DNA of 64,000 nucleotides from assembly GCA_964560235.1 (NCBI GenBank), contig CAZLKZ010000005.1, forward strand, positions 16,047 to 80,046, written 5' to 3'. Positions 37,192 to 47,186 of the stretch are shown here, piece by piece. The first letter of the stretch is position 1; each line of letters starts with the position of its first letter. The position numbers and the translations under genes were made by a program. A model generated the notes under the pieces. It made no database searches. It saw only the letters and a program-made list of their open reading frames with translations, and had not been told where the DNA came from. The DNA comes from an uncultured Conexibacter sp. (GTDB lineage Bacteria; Actinomycetota; Thermoleophilia; Solirubrobacterales; Solirubrobacteraceae).

Positions 37192-40100
37192 ATGCGTGAT
37201 TTCCTAGCCGCGGTCCGTGATCACATCGTCGTCTTCGACGGCTCGATGGGTGCCACGCTCGAAGAGTTCGACCTCACCCCCGCCGACTACGGCGGCCTCG
37301 AAGGTAAGTGCCACGAAGCGCTCGTGCTGCACCGCCCCGACGTGATCCAGCAGCTGCACGAGTCGATGGTCGCCGCCGGTGCCGAAGTGGTCGAGACCGA
37401 CACGTTCCAGGCGAGCCGCCTGAAGCTCGAGGAGTGGGGCCTCGGCGAGCACACCCTGGAGATCAACCAGAAGGCCGCCGAGATCGCCCGCAAGGCTGTC
37501 GGCGAGGACCTGTTTGTCGCGGGCTCGATCGGCCCGACCGGCCACCTCCCGGCCTCCGACGATCCGACGCTCGGCGCGATCACGTTCGCCGAGCTCGTTG
37601 AGGTGTTCACCGAGCAAGCCCAGGGCCTCGTACGAGGCGGGGTCGACCTGCTGATCATCGAGACGGCGCAGGACATCCTCGAGGTCAAGGCAGCGATCTT
37701 CGGCGCCCGCGCGGCGTTCAAGCTCGAAGGCCGCGAAGTGCCGATCCAGGTCTCGGTATCGCTGCTGCCCAACGGCGGCAAGATGCTGCTCGGCACCGAC
37801 ATCAACGCGGTGCTCACAACCCTCGAAGCGCTCAAGGTCGATGTGATCGGCCTCAACTGCTCGACCGGCCCCGGAGACATGCGTGACGCGGTGCGGTTCC
37901 TCGGCGAGAACTCGTCGACCCCGATCCACTGCATCCCGAACGCCGGCCTTCCGCAGCAGGGCCGCAACGGCGAGACGATCTTCCCTGAGGGCCCCGAAGA
38001 GCTCGCGACGGTGCTCGGCGAGTTCGTTGAGGAGCACGGCGTGTCGATCGTCGGAGGCTGCTGCGGCACCACCGTCGACCACATCCGCGCGATCGCCGAC
38101 CGCGTCAAAGGCATCAAGCCGGGACCACGGCCCGCCCCGCGCGAGCCGCACCTCTCTTCGATGATCGCGGCGACGCCGCTGATCCAAGAGCCCGCCCCCA
38201 CCCTCGTCGGTGAGCGCGTCAACTCGCAGGGCTCGCGCAAGGCCAAGGAGCTGCTGCTCGCAGACGACTACGACGGCCTCGTGCAGATCGCAGAGGACCA
38301 GGTCGAAGGCGGCGCACACGTGCTCGACCTCTGCGTCGCGCTAACCGAGCGCGCAGATGAGGCTGAGCAGATGAGGATGGTCGCCAAGAAGGTGCAGCTC
38401 TCGCAGCCCGCGCCCTTGCAGATCGACTCGACCGAGCCCGACGTGATCAAGCTGGCGCTGGAGCAGACATCCGGCCGCGCAATCGTCAACTCGGTCAACC
38501 TCGAAGCCGGCGAGGACAAGCTCAACACGGTCGTGCCGATGGCCGTCGAGCACGGCGCTGCCGTTATCGCGCTGACGATCGACGAGGTCGGCATGGCCAA
38601 GACAGCCGAGCGCAAGGTAGAGATCGCCAAGCGCATCACCGAGCTGTGCGAGGCCCACGGCCTGGACCGCGAGCTGCTGATCTTCGACGTGCTCACGTTC
38701 ACGCTCACCACCGGCGACGACGAGTGGAAGCCGTCGGCGATCGAGACGATCAACGGCATCCGCGACGTCAAGGCAGCGCTCCCAGGCGTGAAGACCTCGC
38801 TCGGCGTCTCGAACGTGAGCTTCGGCGTCGGCCAGCCTGCGCGTGCGGTCATCAACTCGGTGTTCCTGCACCACTGCGTCGAGGCCGGCCTCGACCTCGC
38901 GATGGTCAACCCGAACCACATCACCCCTTACGGCGAGATCGACGAGGTCGAGCGCGAGCTCGCCAACGACCTCGTCTACAACAAGCGCGACGACGCACTG
39001 CAGCGCCTGATCGAGCACTTCGAGTCAAAGGGCGAGTCTGCCGAGGACGAGTCGCAGGCCGACCCGACCTCCGACATGGAGCCCGAAGAGGCTCTGCACT
39101 GGCACATCCTGCGCCGCAAGAAGGACGGCGTGGAGGCCCAGATCGACCGGTCGGTGGAGAAGATCGGCGCCGTCCCCACGCTGAACGACGTGCTGCTCCC
39201 TGCGATGAAGGAAGTTGGCGACAAGTTCGGTGCCGGCGAACTCATCCTCCCCTTCGTGCTGCAGAGCGCCGAGGTGATGAAGAAGGCCGTGGCCCAGCTC
39301 GAGAACTACCTCGACCGCATCGAGGGCTACACCAAGGGCACCGTGGTGCTCGCGACCGTGTTTGGCGATGTGCACGACATCGGTAAGTCGCTCGTCAACA
39401 CAATCCTCACCAACAACGGCTACACGGTCGTCGACCTCGGCAAGCAGGTGCCCGTCTCGACGATCGTCGAGGCAGCAAAGGAGCACGACGCGACCGCGAT
39501 CGGCCTGTCCGCGCTGCTCGTCTCTACCTCCAAGCAGATGCCGCTCTGCCTTCAGGAGCTCGACCGCGAAGGACTCGAATACCCGGTGCTGATCGGCGGC
39601 GCCGCGATCAACCGAGCATTCAGCTACCGCGCCGCGCACCTCAACGGCCTCGACGACGACAAGCTCTACGGCCCGGGCGTCTTCTACTGCAAGGACGCTT
39701 TCGAGGGCCTCAATGTCATGGACCAGCTGGTTGAGGGCGAGGCTCGTGAGCAGCTCGTAGCCAAGCTCCGCGACGAGGCCAACGCCTTCCGCGAGAAGGG
39801 CGACGACACCGAGGAGCTCGACACCTCCGACGACACCGTGCGCAGCGCCGCCGTGACCGACAACCCGATCCCGGAGCCCCCGTTCTGGGGAGTGCGCGAG
39901 ATCGAGGTGCCGATCGAAGAGGTCTACCCCTACCTCGACACGCACGTGCTGTTCAAGCTCCATTGGGGCGGCCGCGGCGTAAAAGGCGAGGAGTGGCGCA
40001 AGCTGCTCGAGGACGACTTCCTCCCCCGCCTGCAGCGCATGTGGAAGGAGCAGACGTACCTGCACCCGCGCGCGCTGCTCGGCTACTTCCCGTGTTACAG

Positions 40101-40782
40101 CGAGGGCAACCAGATCGTCGTGCTCGACCCCGAGGACCGCGAGACCGAGCTGACCCGCTTCACCTGCCCGCGCCAGCCCAAGGGCGACCGCGTGTGCCTG
40201 GCCGACTTCTACCGGCCCAAGGGGCATCCGGACGGCCTCGACGTCGTGGCCGTACAGGCCGTAACGGTCGGCGATGAAGTCACCGAGCTGATGGCCAAGC
40301 TGGAGGCAGAAGGCGAGTTCGCAGAGCAGCTGTTCACTCACGGCATCGGCGTACAAACCGCGGAGGGCCTCGCTGAGTGGCTGCATGCCAAGGTGCGCTC
40401 GGACCTCGGTATCGAGCCGGGCCAGGGCCGCCGCTACTCGTGGGGCTACCCCGCCGTGCCCGACCAGGCACAGCATGCGAACGTCGACCAGTTGCTCGAC
40501 CTCAGCCAGATCGGCATGGGCCTGTCGGGCGGCTTTGCTCCGACACCTGAGCAGTCGACGCTGGCCGTAGTGGCACACCACCCGCAGGCGTTCTACTTCG
40601 GCACCAAGCAGGGCCGCCTCAAGCCAGCAGCCGAGACCAGCCCGGACGAGCTGATCAAGGACTCGCCGCGCGACCCGCGTGTCGTCGCCGAGAGCCTCGG
40701 GACACCGCAGCTCGACGAGGACCCGCTCGAGGGCGGCGTCGCCGAGGGCGAAGGCACCACGCCGGTAGTCGCCGAGTACTGA
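37192..40782 (+). CDS. metH: Cobalamin-dependent methionine synthase
   Basis: GLNC, GGCCGT, GERVN, GVSNVSFG, DVHDIGK B12 motif, RYSWGYPA. Confidence 0.96.
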   Translation: MRDFLAAVRDHIVVFDGSMGATLEEFDLTPADYGGLEGKCHEALVLHRPDVIQQLHESMVAAGAEVVETDTFQASRLKLEEWGLGEHTLEINQKAAEIARKAVGEDLFVAGSIGPTGHLPASDDPTLGAITFAELVEVFTEQAQGLVRGGVDLLIIETAQDILEVKAAIFGARAAFKLEGREVPIQVSVSLLPNGGKMLLGTDINAVLTTLEALKVDVIGLNCSTGPGDMRDAVRFLGENSSTPIHCIPNAGLPQQGRNGETIFPEGPEELATVLGEFVEEHGVSIVGGCCGTTVDHIRAIADRVKGIKPGPRPAPREPHLSSMIAATPLIQEPAPTLVGERVNSQGSRKAKELLLADDYDGLVQIAEDQVEGGAHVLDLCVALTERADEAEQMRMVAKKVQLSQPAPLQIDSTEPDVIKLALEQTSGRAIVNSVNLEAGEDKLNTVVPMAVEHGAAVIALTIDEVGMAKTAERKVEIAKRITELCEAHGLDRELLIFDVLTFTLTTGDDEWKPSAIETINGIRDVKAALPGVKTSLGVSNVSFGVGQPARAVINSVFLHHCVEAGLDLAMVNPNHITPYGEIDEVERELANDLVYNKRDDALQRLIEHFESKGESAEDESQADPTSDMEPEEALHWHILRRKKDGVEAQIDRSVEKIGAVPTLNDVLLPAMKEVGDKFGAGELILPFVLQSAEVMKKAVAQLENYLDRIEGYTKGTVVLATVFGDVHDIGKSLVNTILTNNGYTVVDLGKQVPVSTIVEAAKEHDATAIGLSALLVSTSKQMPLCLQELDREGLEYPVLIGGAAINRAFSYRAAHLNGLDDDKLYGPGVFYCKDAFEGLNVMDQLVEGEAREQLVAKLRDEANAFREKGDDTEELDTSDDTVRSAAVTDNPIPEPPFWGVREIEVPIEEVYPYLDTHVLFKLHWGGRGVKGEEWRKLLEDDFLPRLQRMWKEQTYLHPRALLGYFPCYSEGNQIVVLDPEDRETELTRFTCPRQPKGDRVCLADFYRPKGHPDGLDVVAVQAVTVGDEVTELMAKLEAEGEFAEQLFTHGIGVQTAEGLAEWLHAKVRSDLGIEPGQGRRYSWGYPAVPDQAQHANVDQLLDLSQIGMGLSGGFAPTPEQSTLAVVAHHPQAFYFGTKQGRLKPAAETSPDELIKDSPRDPRVVAESLGTPQLDEDPLEGGVAEGEGTTPVVAEY

Positions 40783-40800
40783 GCTCAAAAATGAGAGCGA

Positions 40801-40850
40801 TCACAGACCCCGCTTAGACGGGCGTTAGCCACGTCTGGGAGAACGTTCAG
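40801..40850 (+). promoter_or_regulatory. 11-bp-periodic hexamer array (MprA-box-like) upstream of htrA
   Basis: TCACAG 40801, GCTTAG 40812, CGTTAG 40823, TCTGGG 40834, GTTCAG 40845. Confidence 0.45.
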
Positions 40851-40876
40851 ACAGATACGGCATCCTGCTGAATCAC

Positions 40877-42127
40877 ATGACTCCTCCCAAGCACATCTGG
40901 AGTGGCAACTGGCGCGAGCAGTCCGAGGCTGACGCGCGCGATCGCGGCACTCCAGAGCTGCCAACCGAGCAGGCTTACATCGCTACCGAGGAGCCCGCTC
41001 TGGCTGAGGAGCCAACGGTCGTTGCCGAGCCGGTCGCGGCGACGAAGGCCAAGCGCACGCTGGGTCCGATCGCAGTAACAGCGATCGCGCTCGTGGCAGG
41101 AGTAGGCGGGGCGGCCGGCACCGTCGCGTTGCTCGACAACAACGACGACGGCCCGGTTGCGGTGAGCAAGAACGCGCTCCCGAGCGCCACGACAAGCGCT
41201 GTGAAGCCCACCACCGGCGAGACGATCGCGACGTCGGTCTACAACGCAGCGGCTCCCGCGGTCGTGTCGATCCGCACTGCCGACGGCAGCGGCACCGGCT
41301 TCCTGATCGACAACAGCGGCACGATCGTCACCAACGATCACGTGATCGAAGACGCTCAGGGCGGCAAGGTCGAGGTGCGGTTCGGCACCGAAGGCCAGAT
41401 CGTGTCCGGAAAGGTCGCAGAGGCTGATCCGTCTACCGACCTCGCGGTCGTGCTGATCTCCCCCGGGCTCGTGCCCAAGGGCGCCAAGCCGCTGAAGTTC
41501 GCCGACTCCGACGCGCTGCGTGTTGGCGACCAGGTGATCGCGATCGGCAACCCGTTCGGCCTCGACCGCACGCTCACGACCGGAGTTGTCTCGTCGCTCG
41601 GCCGCACGCTGACAGCGCCGAACAACTACCAGATCGACAACGTCATCCAGACCGATGCGGCGATCAACCCAGGCAACTCGGGCGGACCGCTGCTCGATAC
41701 GGCCGGCAACGTGATCGGCGTCAACACGCAGATCGCAACGGGCTCTCAGTACAGCCAGGGCAACGTCGGCATCGGCTTCGCTGTCCCGTCGAACATGGCT
41801 CGGATAGTCGTACCGCAGCTACGCGTGGGCAAGCGCGTGCAGCACGCGTGGCTTGGAGTTGAGACCGGTCCGACCGAAACCACGTCGTCATCGATCAGCG
41901 GTGTGCGGATCGGCAAGCTCGTCGCGGGCGGCCCGGCCAGCGAGTCGGCGCTCCAGGTCGGCGACGTTGTGTCGGCAATCGATGGACAGGAACTCAAGTC
42001 GCCGACCGATCTGCCCGAGATCATCAACAACCATTCTCCAGGCGACGACATCACCCTTTCTGTACTCCGTGGATCCGCGCGAAAGGACATTCGCGTGACC
42101 CTCGGCGTACGCCCTAACCAGCGGTAG
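40877..42127 (+). CDS. htrA: HtrA/PepD-like membrane serine protease with PDZ domain
   Basis: TNDHV, DLAV, TDAAINPGNSGGPL, PDZ; N-terminal TM. Confidence 0.92.
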   Translation: MTPPKHIWSGNWREQSEADARDRGTPELPTEQAYIATEEPALAEEPTVVAEPVAATKAKRTLGPIAVTAIALVAGVGGAAGTVALLDNNDDGPVAVSKNALPSATTSAVKPTTGETIATSVYNAAAPAVVSIRTADGSGTGFLIDNSGTIVTNDHVIEDAQGGKVEVRFGTEGQIVSGKVAEADPSTDLAVVLISPGLVPKGAKPLKFADSDALRVGDQVIAIGNPFGLDRTLTTGVVSSLGRTLTAPNNYQIDNVIQTDAAINPGNSGGPLLDTAGNVIGVNTQIATGSQYSQGNVGIGFAVPSNMARIVVPQLRVGKRVQHAWLGVETGPTETTSSSISGVRIGKLVAGGPASESALQVGDVVSAIDGQELKSPTDLPEIINNHSPGDDITLSVLRGSARKDIRVTLGVRPNQR

Positions 42128-42130
42128 CGG

Positions 42131-43111
42131 ATGGACGTCAGCTTCGCCTCACCGCTTGGCCTGCTCGGCCTTCTCGCAGTACCTGTGCTGGTGCTCTGGT
42201 ACGTGGCCGTTTCAGCACGTCGTCGCAAGGTCGCAAACGCGTTCCGTGCGCCTGAGCTGGCGGCGTCTGTGACGCCGGTGACCCCAGGATTCCGCAGGCA
42301 TGTGCCGGTGATCCTGCTGATCGCCGCCATCGCGTGTCTGCTCACGGCGATGGCACGCCCCCAGCGCACCGTCGCTGTGGCAGTCGAGCGCGCGCAGATC
42401 ATGCTCGTGACCGACGTGAGCGGCTCGATGCTCTCTGACGACGTTGCCCCCAACCGGCTGAAGGCTGCTCAGTCGGCGTCGAGGAAGTTCCTCGATCAGG
42501 TGCCCGACGAGGTGAACGTGGGGATCATGGTCTTCAACCAGATCCCCCGCGTGCTGCAGAGCCCTACGACCGACCGCGAAGCCGCGCGCTCAGCGATCGA
42601 CCAGTACCAGGCCAGCGGCGGCACAGCGACAGGCGACGCGATCATGGGTGCGCTGCGCGCGATGGGCAAGACGAGCGGCACCACCACGGGTGGCAAGAAG
42701 GGCCCGCCGTCGGCGATCGTGCTCCTCTCCGACGGAGTCTCCACCAAAGGCAGCGACCCGGTAGAGGCCGCGCAGGCTGCCAAGAAGGCCGGCGTCTCGA
42801 TCTCGACCGTCGCTCTCGGCACGCCGGAGGGCACGATCAGCGTGCCGCGCCCGCGCGGGGCACCTGGATTTGAGACCCGCAAGGTGCCGCCGGACCCCGA
42901 GACTATGAAGCGGATCGCCGAGATAACCGGCGGCACGTTCACAGATGCCCCCACTTCGGCCGATCTCTCCGGCGTGTACAAGGAGCTCGGCTCTCAACTC
43001 GGCCGCCGAAACGAGAAGCGCGACATGACGGCGGGCATCGCCGGGCTTGCCGGACTGCTGGTGCTTTGCGCCTCTGCACTTTCACTGAAATGGTTCGGCC
43101 GACTGGCCTGA
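42131..43111 (+). CDS. VWA-domain membrane protein (BatA-like)
   Basis: F.SP..LL, ARPQ, DVSGSM, TATG, LLSDG. Confidence 0.9.
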   Translation: MDVSFASPLGLLGLLAVPVLVLWYVAVSARRRKVANAFRAPELAASVTPVTPGFRRHVPVILLIAAIACLLTAMARPQRTVAVAVERAQIMLVTDVSGSMLSDDVAPNRLKAAQSASRKFLDQVPDEVNVGIMVFNQIPRVLQSPTTDREAARSAIDQYQASGGTATGDAIMGALRAMGKTSGTTTGGKKGPPSAIVLLSDGVSTKGSDPVEAAQAAKKAGVSISTVALGTPEGTISVPRPRGAPGFETRKVPPDPETMKRIAEITGGTFTDAPTSADLSGVYKELGSQLGRRNEKRDMTAGIAGLAGLLVLCASALSLKWFGRLA

Positions 43112-43136
43112 TCGAAGTACCGTCCCAAGGACCCCA

Positions 43137-44261
43137 ATGAGCGATTTCGACGACACCCAAACTGCCCACGACGACACCGACGCCGGCCGTATCCGCCCCG
43201 AGCGCCCTGGGCGCGTGGAGTTCACCCACCCCGACGACCAGCCCGCTCCGATGATCCGTGGCGCCAACGAGCCGCGTAACCAGCTCGATGACGCGCTGCA
43301 CGAGATCAAGCGCGTGATCGTGGGCCAGGACGCGATGCTCGAGCGCCTGCTGGTCTCGCTGCTGGTCAGCGGCCACGTACTGCTCGAGGGCGTCCCGGGA
43401 CTGGCGAAGACTCTCACCGTCAAGACGCTCGCCCAGGTGCTTGGCGGGTCGTTCAGCCGCATCCAGTTCACCCCCGACCTCGTGCCAGCGGACCTGATCG
43501 GTACCCGCGTATGGCGCCCAGATACAGGCAACTTCGACACCGAGCTCGGCCCGGTCTTCGGCAACTTTCTGCTCGCAGACGAGATCAACCGTGCTCCCGC
43601 CAAGGTGCAGTCGGCGCTGCTCGAATCGATGCAGGAGCGCCAGGTCACCATCGGCGGCGAGACGTTCCTGCTGCCCAAGCCGTTCCTCGTCCTCGCGACG
43701 CAGAATCCGATCGAGTCCGAAGGCACCTACCCCCTGCCTGACGCTCAGGTCGACCGCTTCTTGATGAAGATCATCGTCGACTACCCGTCGACCGGTGAGG
43801 AGGCCGCAATCGTGGGCCGCTCGCTGAGCCCCGAGGTTGACGTGCGGGAGCTGCTCAGCCTCGAACAGCTCGAGCAGTTCACCGAGCTCGTGGAGGACGT
43901 GCTCGTCGACCGCGACGTGATCGCGTACGCGGTTGCGATTGCCGACGCCACGCGCCACCCCGAGCGCTACGGGCTGCGCGACATGGGCCGGATGATCGAG
44001 TACGGCGCGAGCCCCCGTGGCCCGATCGGACTCGTGCAGGCCGCTCGCGCGCTGGCGCTGCTGCGCGGACGCGGCTACGTCGCGGCGACCGACATCTCAG
44101 ACCTCGCGGCGGACGTGCTGCGCCACCGCATCGTGCTTACGTACGACGCGCTGAGCGAGGGCGTGACCTCCGACGACGTGCTGACCAAGGTGCTCGCCGC
44201 TGTCCCGCCGCCTCAGGCTCCGCCCGCATCTGTGAGCGGCGGACGCCGCCGCGGCAACTAG
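43137..44261 (+). CDS. moxR: MoxR-family AAA+ ATPase
   Basis: EGVPGLAKT, RIQFTPDL, DEINRAPAK, ATQNPIE.EGTYPLP, GASPRG. Confidence 0.93.
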   Translation: MSDFDDTQTAHDDTDAGRIRPERPGRVEFTHPDDQPAPMIRGANEPRNQLDDALHEIKRVIVGQDAMLERLLVSLLVSGHVLLEGVPGLAKTLTVKTLAQVLGGSFSRIQFTPDLVPADLIGTRVWRPDTGNFDTELGPVFGNFLLADEINRAPAKVQSALLESMQERQVTIGGETFLLPKPFLVLATQNPIESEGTYPLPDAQVDRFLMKIIVDYPSTGEEAAIVGRSLSPEVDVRELLSLEQLEQFTELVEDVLVDRDVIAYAVAIADATRHPERYGLRDMGRMIEYGASPRGPIGLVQAARALALLRGRGYVAATDISDLAADVLRHRIVLTYDALSEGVTSDDVLTKVLAAVPPPQAPPASVSGGRRRGN

Positions 44262-44270
44262 CCAGGAGCG

Positions 44271-45191
44271 ATGGACGGGCGTCCGTCAAATATCGAGCCG
44301 CCCGCGGGGCGGCAGGGCCCCGGCCCGATGCCTCCAGCGATGATGGAGGCGCTCGACGTTGCCGTCGAGCGGCGGATCTCCAGCCTCTTCATCGGCGATC
44401 GGCGCGCCACCGGCGTCGGTATCGGCACAGAGCTGGCACAGATCCGGCCGTACCACGTCGGTGACGACGTACGGTCGCTCGATCCTGCCGCGTCTGCACG
44501 TACCGGTGTGCCGCACGTGCGGATGCAGGTGCCCGAGCGCGCGCTTACCACGTGGCTCGTCATCGACGTGTCCTCGTCGATGGCGTTTGGCACCGAAAAC
44601 CGCCTCAAGGCAGACGTCGCTGAAGGTGCCGCCCTCGCGATCGGGCGCATGGCGCTCAAGCGAGCAGGTCAGCTCGGCATCCTGACCTTCGGCGCTGGCG
44701 AGGAGCAACTCTTGCTGCCCCCACGCTCCTCACGCGCGGGCATCATCGCGCTGCGCCGAGCGCTCGAGAAGGGCGTGGCAAAGGACGGCATCGACGACTC
44801 GCACGCTCTTGCAGGCGCACTACTTCGCCTCGGCAGGATCGCTCGCCCCGCGACTCTGATCGTGATCATCTCCGACTTTCGAGACGACGCTGCCTGGATC
44901 CAGCAGCTCGGGGCACTGCGAACACGCCACGCTGCGGTCGCCATCGAGGTGCACGATCCGCGCGAGGCCGAGCTGCCCGACGTTGGAAGACTTGCCGTTG
45001 TCGACCCGGAGACAGGCAAGCGCGTGCGGGTCAACACCTCCAGCCAGAAGCTGCGGCGCAAGTTCGCCGCGCTCGAGGCGGCTCGCAGGCAACTGCTGGC
45101 CGACGAGCTACGGCGACTGCACGTTGGCCACGTGCCGCTTTCCACCGGTGACGACTGGCTCGCCGCGCTCGGACGTGGGCTCGGACGATGA
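44271..45191 (+). CDS. DUF58 (VWA-like) protein
   Basis: RPYHVGDDVR, DVSSSMAFG, ISDF, DPREAELP. Confidence 0.9.
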   Translation: MDGRPSNIEPPAGRQGPGPMPPAMMEALDVAVERRISSLFIGDRRATGVGIGTELAQIRPYHVGDDVRSLDPAASARTGVPHVRMQVPERALTTWLVIDVSSSMAFGTENRLKADVAEGAALAIGRMALKRAGQLGILTFGAGEEQLLLPPRSSRAGIIALRRALEKGVAKDGIDDSHALAGALLRLGRIARPATLIVIISDFRDDAAWIQQLGALRTRHAAVAIEVHDPREAELPDVGRLAVVDPETGKRVRVNTSSQKLRRKFAALEAARRQLLADELRRLHVGHVPLSTGDDWLAALGRGLGR

Positions 45192-46141
45192 GCTTCGCCT
45201 CCCCCTGGTGGCTGCTGGTTCTGCTGGCTATACCGCTGCTGGCACTGCTCGCGGTGCAGCTTCGCGGCCGTCAGGACCGGTACGCGATCAGATTTCCAGC
45301 CGCAGACACGCTCGCGGCGGCCGCCGCGGACTCGCGCTCGGTGATCCAGCATGCCCCCGTGGCGCTGGTGCTGCTCGGACTTACGCTGCTCGGCCTAGCG
45401 CTCGCGAAGCCGCAGAGGACTGTGAAGGTCCCGATCGAGGGTGCGACGGTTGTGCTCGTGCTCGACCACTCGGGCTCGATGGCGGCAACCGACGTGGAGC
45501 CGACGCGCCTGGAGGCCGCTGTCTCCGCTGCCGAGCGCTTCATCGAGAAGACGCCTGAGAAGACCCGGATCGGGCTTGTGTCCTACTCCGATGGTCCCGA
45601 CCAGGCGCTGCAGCCAACCGTCGATCGCGGGGCGATCAAGACGGGACTCAGGGCACTGACTCCGGACGGCGCTACGGCGACCGGGTCGGCACTACAGGTG
45701 GCACTGACGATGCTGCAGAACGAACCGAAGAAGAACGGCGCGCGGCCTCCGTCTGCGATCGTGCTCCTCTCTGACGGGCGCCGCACCGTCGGGTCCGACC
45801 CGCTGATCGCGGCGCGAGAGGCACGGGCGCAGAACGTGCCTATCTCCACCGTGGCACTCGGCACCCCGGGAGCAACGATCCCGAATCCGAACTTCCCGAC
45901 TGAACGCATCGCCGTGCCTCCGGACCCCGAGACGCTCGGGGAGATAGCGTCCATCACGGGTGGCCGAGCGTTCAGCGCATCGGACGCTGACCGGCTGACA
46001 TCGATCTACGAGTCGCTCGGCTCGTCGCTCGCAACACGCTCTGAAAAGCGGGATATCACTGAGCAGTTTGCTGCCGCGGGACTGCTCGTGCTGCTGCTTG
46101 GCGCACTGGCGTCAATCAGTCTCGCCGGCCGCGTGCCGTGA
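45188..46141 (+). CDS. VWA-domain membrane protein (second BatA-like paralog)
   Basis: DHSGSM, TATG, LLSDG; paralogous to 42131..43111. Confidence 0.9.
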   Translation: MSFASPWWLLVLLAIPLLALLAVQLRGRQDRYAIRFPAADTLAAAAADSRSVIQHAPVALVLLGLTLLGLALAKPQRTVKVPIEGATVVLVLDHSGSMAATDVEPTRLEAAVSAAERFIEKTPEKTRIGLVSYSDGPDQALQPTVDRGAIKTGLRALTPDGATATGSALQVALTMLQNEPKKNGARPPSAIVLLSDGRRTVGSDPLIAAREARAQNVPISTVALGTPGATIPNPNFPTERIAVPPDPETLGEIASITGGRAFSASDADRLTSIYESLGSSLATRSEKRDITEQFAAAGLLVLLLGALASISLAGRVP

Positions 46142-46247
46142 GCCTCGCACTGGCCGTCTAGACGCTTGTACTACCGGGCGCCGGACAGGTGTCCAGAACC
46201 GGCGCACGACACGACAGGTCTGGGTACTTTGCGCCGTTGTGTCAAGC

Positions 46248-46523
46248 ATGCAGCACAAGCATCCTGCGTCTGCCCGCAAGCACAACCCCGCCCACTGCCC
46301 CACCTGCGAGCGGGACTTTGTCAACGCCACAGAGCTCGTCGACTTCCTCGACGAGGGCGTTTTCCTGATCCGTTTGGCGTGCAACAACTGCGGAACTGAA
46401 CGCGTCGCAGAGATGGAAGACGCCGAGCTAGAGCAGCTCGAGCAGGCGCACCTCGAGGCGCAGGCAATGATGATCGAGGACCTCGCGGTCCTGCATTACA
46501 GCTCAGTCGCTGACCTGGCCTAG
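46248..46523 (+). CDS. Small zinc-ribbon protein
   Basis: CPTC...CNNC followed by an acidic helix. Confidence 0.65.
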   Translation: MQHKHPASARKHNPAHCPTCERDFVNATELVDFLDEGVFLIRLACNNCGTERVAEMEDAELEQLEQAHLEAQAMMIEDLAVLHYSSVADLA

Positions 46524-46526
46524 CCG

Positions 46527-47186
46527 CTAGAGCTGCACGCGCAGGACCGACTTGCCCGAGTGGGTCGTCGGGTTCGGTGCGCTCTCGACGGACACGTCGA
46601 TGAAGTCGTACTGAGAGAGGTCGTCGTGCAGTTCCATCCCCGCTCGCACGCTGCCGTCAGCCGACACCCTGAATCCGCCTAGCGGCTTCATGTGACCGTC
46701 CGCTGCTGCCAGCCATGCTTCGTAGTGCTGGCCCTGGGCGCTCGGAGGCAAGCCGTTGCCGACGAGCTCCATGCGGTCACCCTCAACGGTCAGCTTTGCC
46801 ATACCGGGCACCTGACCGACCGGCTGAAACACCAGCGTTGTTGATCCGGGTGCGGCAGGCTCACTACCGCCGCCGATCACGAATGCGAGGGCGATGCCTG
46901 CTGCCGCGAGGCCGGCGGCCAGCGGCGACAGAACCTGCCAACGTAGCCAGCGCCGACGCTCACGCGGAGTCTTGGCCTGCGCTGGACGCAGCGCGGGCGC
47001 CGGCTCGGGGCGACGCATCTCAGCCGGCATCGCGTTCAGCAGACCGGTGAGGCCACGCTGCTCTTCGACCGCTGCCGCAAAGATCGGGTCGTTCTCAATC
47101 AGTTGCTCGGCGACGATGCGCTCGTCGTCCTCGAGCATGTCCAGCGCAACGGCGCTCGGACTCACAGGCCAGTTGCTCATGACCAT
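46527..47186 (-). CDS. Anti-sigma factor, RskA-like
   Basis: N-terminal ASD-like helix, TM, GLPP...YEAWL, DVSVE, HSGKSVLR. Confidence 0.82.
   Translation of the reverse strand: MVMSNWPVSPSAVALDMLEDDERIVAEQLIENDPIFAAAVEEQRGLTGLLNAMPAEMRRPEPAPALRPAQAKTPRERRRWLRWQVLSPLAAGLAAAGIALAFVIGGGSEPAAPGSTTLVFQPVGQVPGMAKLTVEGDRMELVGNGLPPSAQGQHYEAWLAAADGHMKPLGGFRVSADGSVRAGMELHDDLSQYDFIDVSVESAPNPTTHSGKSVLRVQL

Noticed and set aside
39025-40788. 587-aa antisense ORF (also 37204..38319, 51712..53295, 49525..50886, 20091..21437, 11251..12498, 42939..43958)
   Set aside because: These are shadow ORFs opposite well-supported genes, expected from high GC3 codon bias, and show no recognisable motifs
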